From the NCBI RefSeq assembly GCF_006345805.1, contig NC_043016.1, forward strand, positions 27,218,001 to 27,282,000: 64,000 nucleotides of DNA. Direction: 5' to 3'. This document shows positions 63,912 to 64,000 of the stretch, in pieces; within the stretch, counting starts at the first letter, position 1, and every line of letters starts with the position of its first letter. Both the position numbers and the translations under genes were made by a program. The notes beneath the pieces were generated by a model that saw only the letters and a program-made list of their open reading frames with translations, was not told the DNA's origin and ran no database searches. The stretch comes from Octopus sinensis (Eukaryota).

Positions 63912-64000
63912 CACATCTGTGTAGATAAATGAAAAAGAAAGGAAGCATGATAAAAAATGAGTGAATGCAAATAATCACCTGGAGGTGTTTTAACTCATTC

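Overview
AT-rich, microsatellite- and SINE-dense animal genomic DNA. The repeat families and intron-rich layout suggest a coleoid cephalopod such as Octopus; this is an inference. There are two recognisable protein genes. (1) TRAPPC11 (TRAPP III subunit, gryzun) lies on the minus strand. I reconstructed 16 coding exons by hand (22627->865, 582 codons, phases consistent) and the gene runs off the left edge. One of its introns (2298-2505) has U12 minor-spliceosome signals. (2) KIFBP/KBP (KIF-binding protein) lies on the plus strand as a single 603-codon uninterrupted ORF (33925-35736). The rest is transposon debris: RTE, CR1, Tx1 and an RLE-type (R4/Dong-like) LINE, Tc1, mariner, MULE, a clean non-autonomous Helitron, TTAA MITEs and tRNA-derived SINEs. 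The most unusual signal is a set of about ten minimal type-I hammerhead-ribozyme motifs (CUGAUGA/UUGAxxA...GAAA, with palindromic or 2-nt-loop stem III) at eight loci in unrelated sequence families. Most sit in or beside inverted-repeat (foldback) units, as expected for Penelope-like element pseudo-LTRs. One unit also carries a tRNA-derived Pol III head, and several lie in TRAPPC11 introns. Ribozyme activity, expression and family names cannot be verified from sequence alone. No CRISPR, rRNA or intact tRNA gene was seen.
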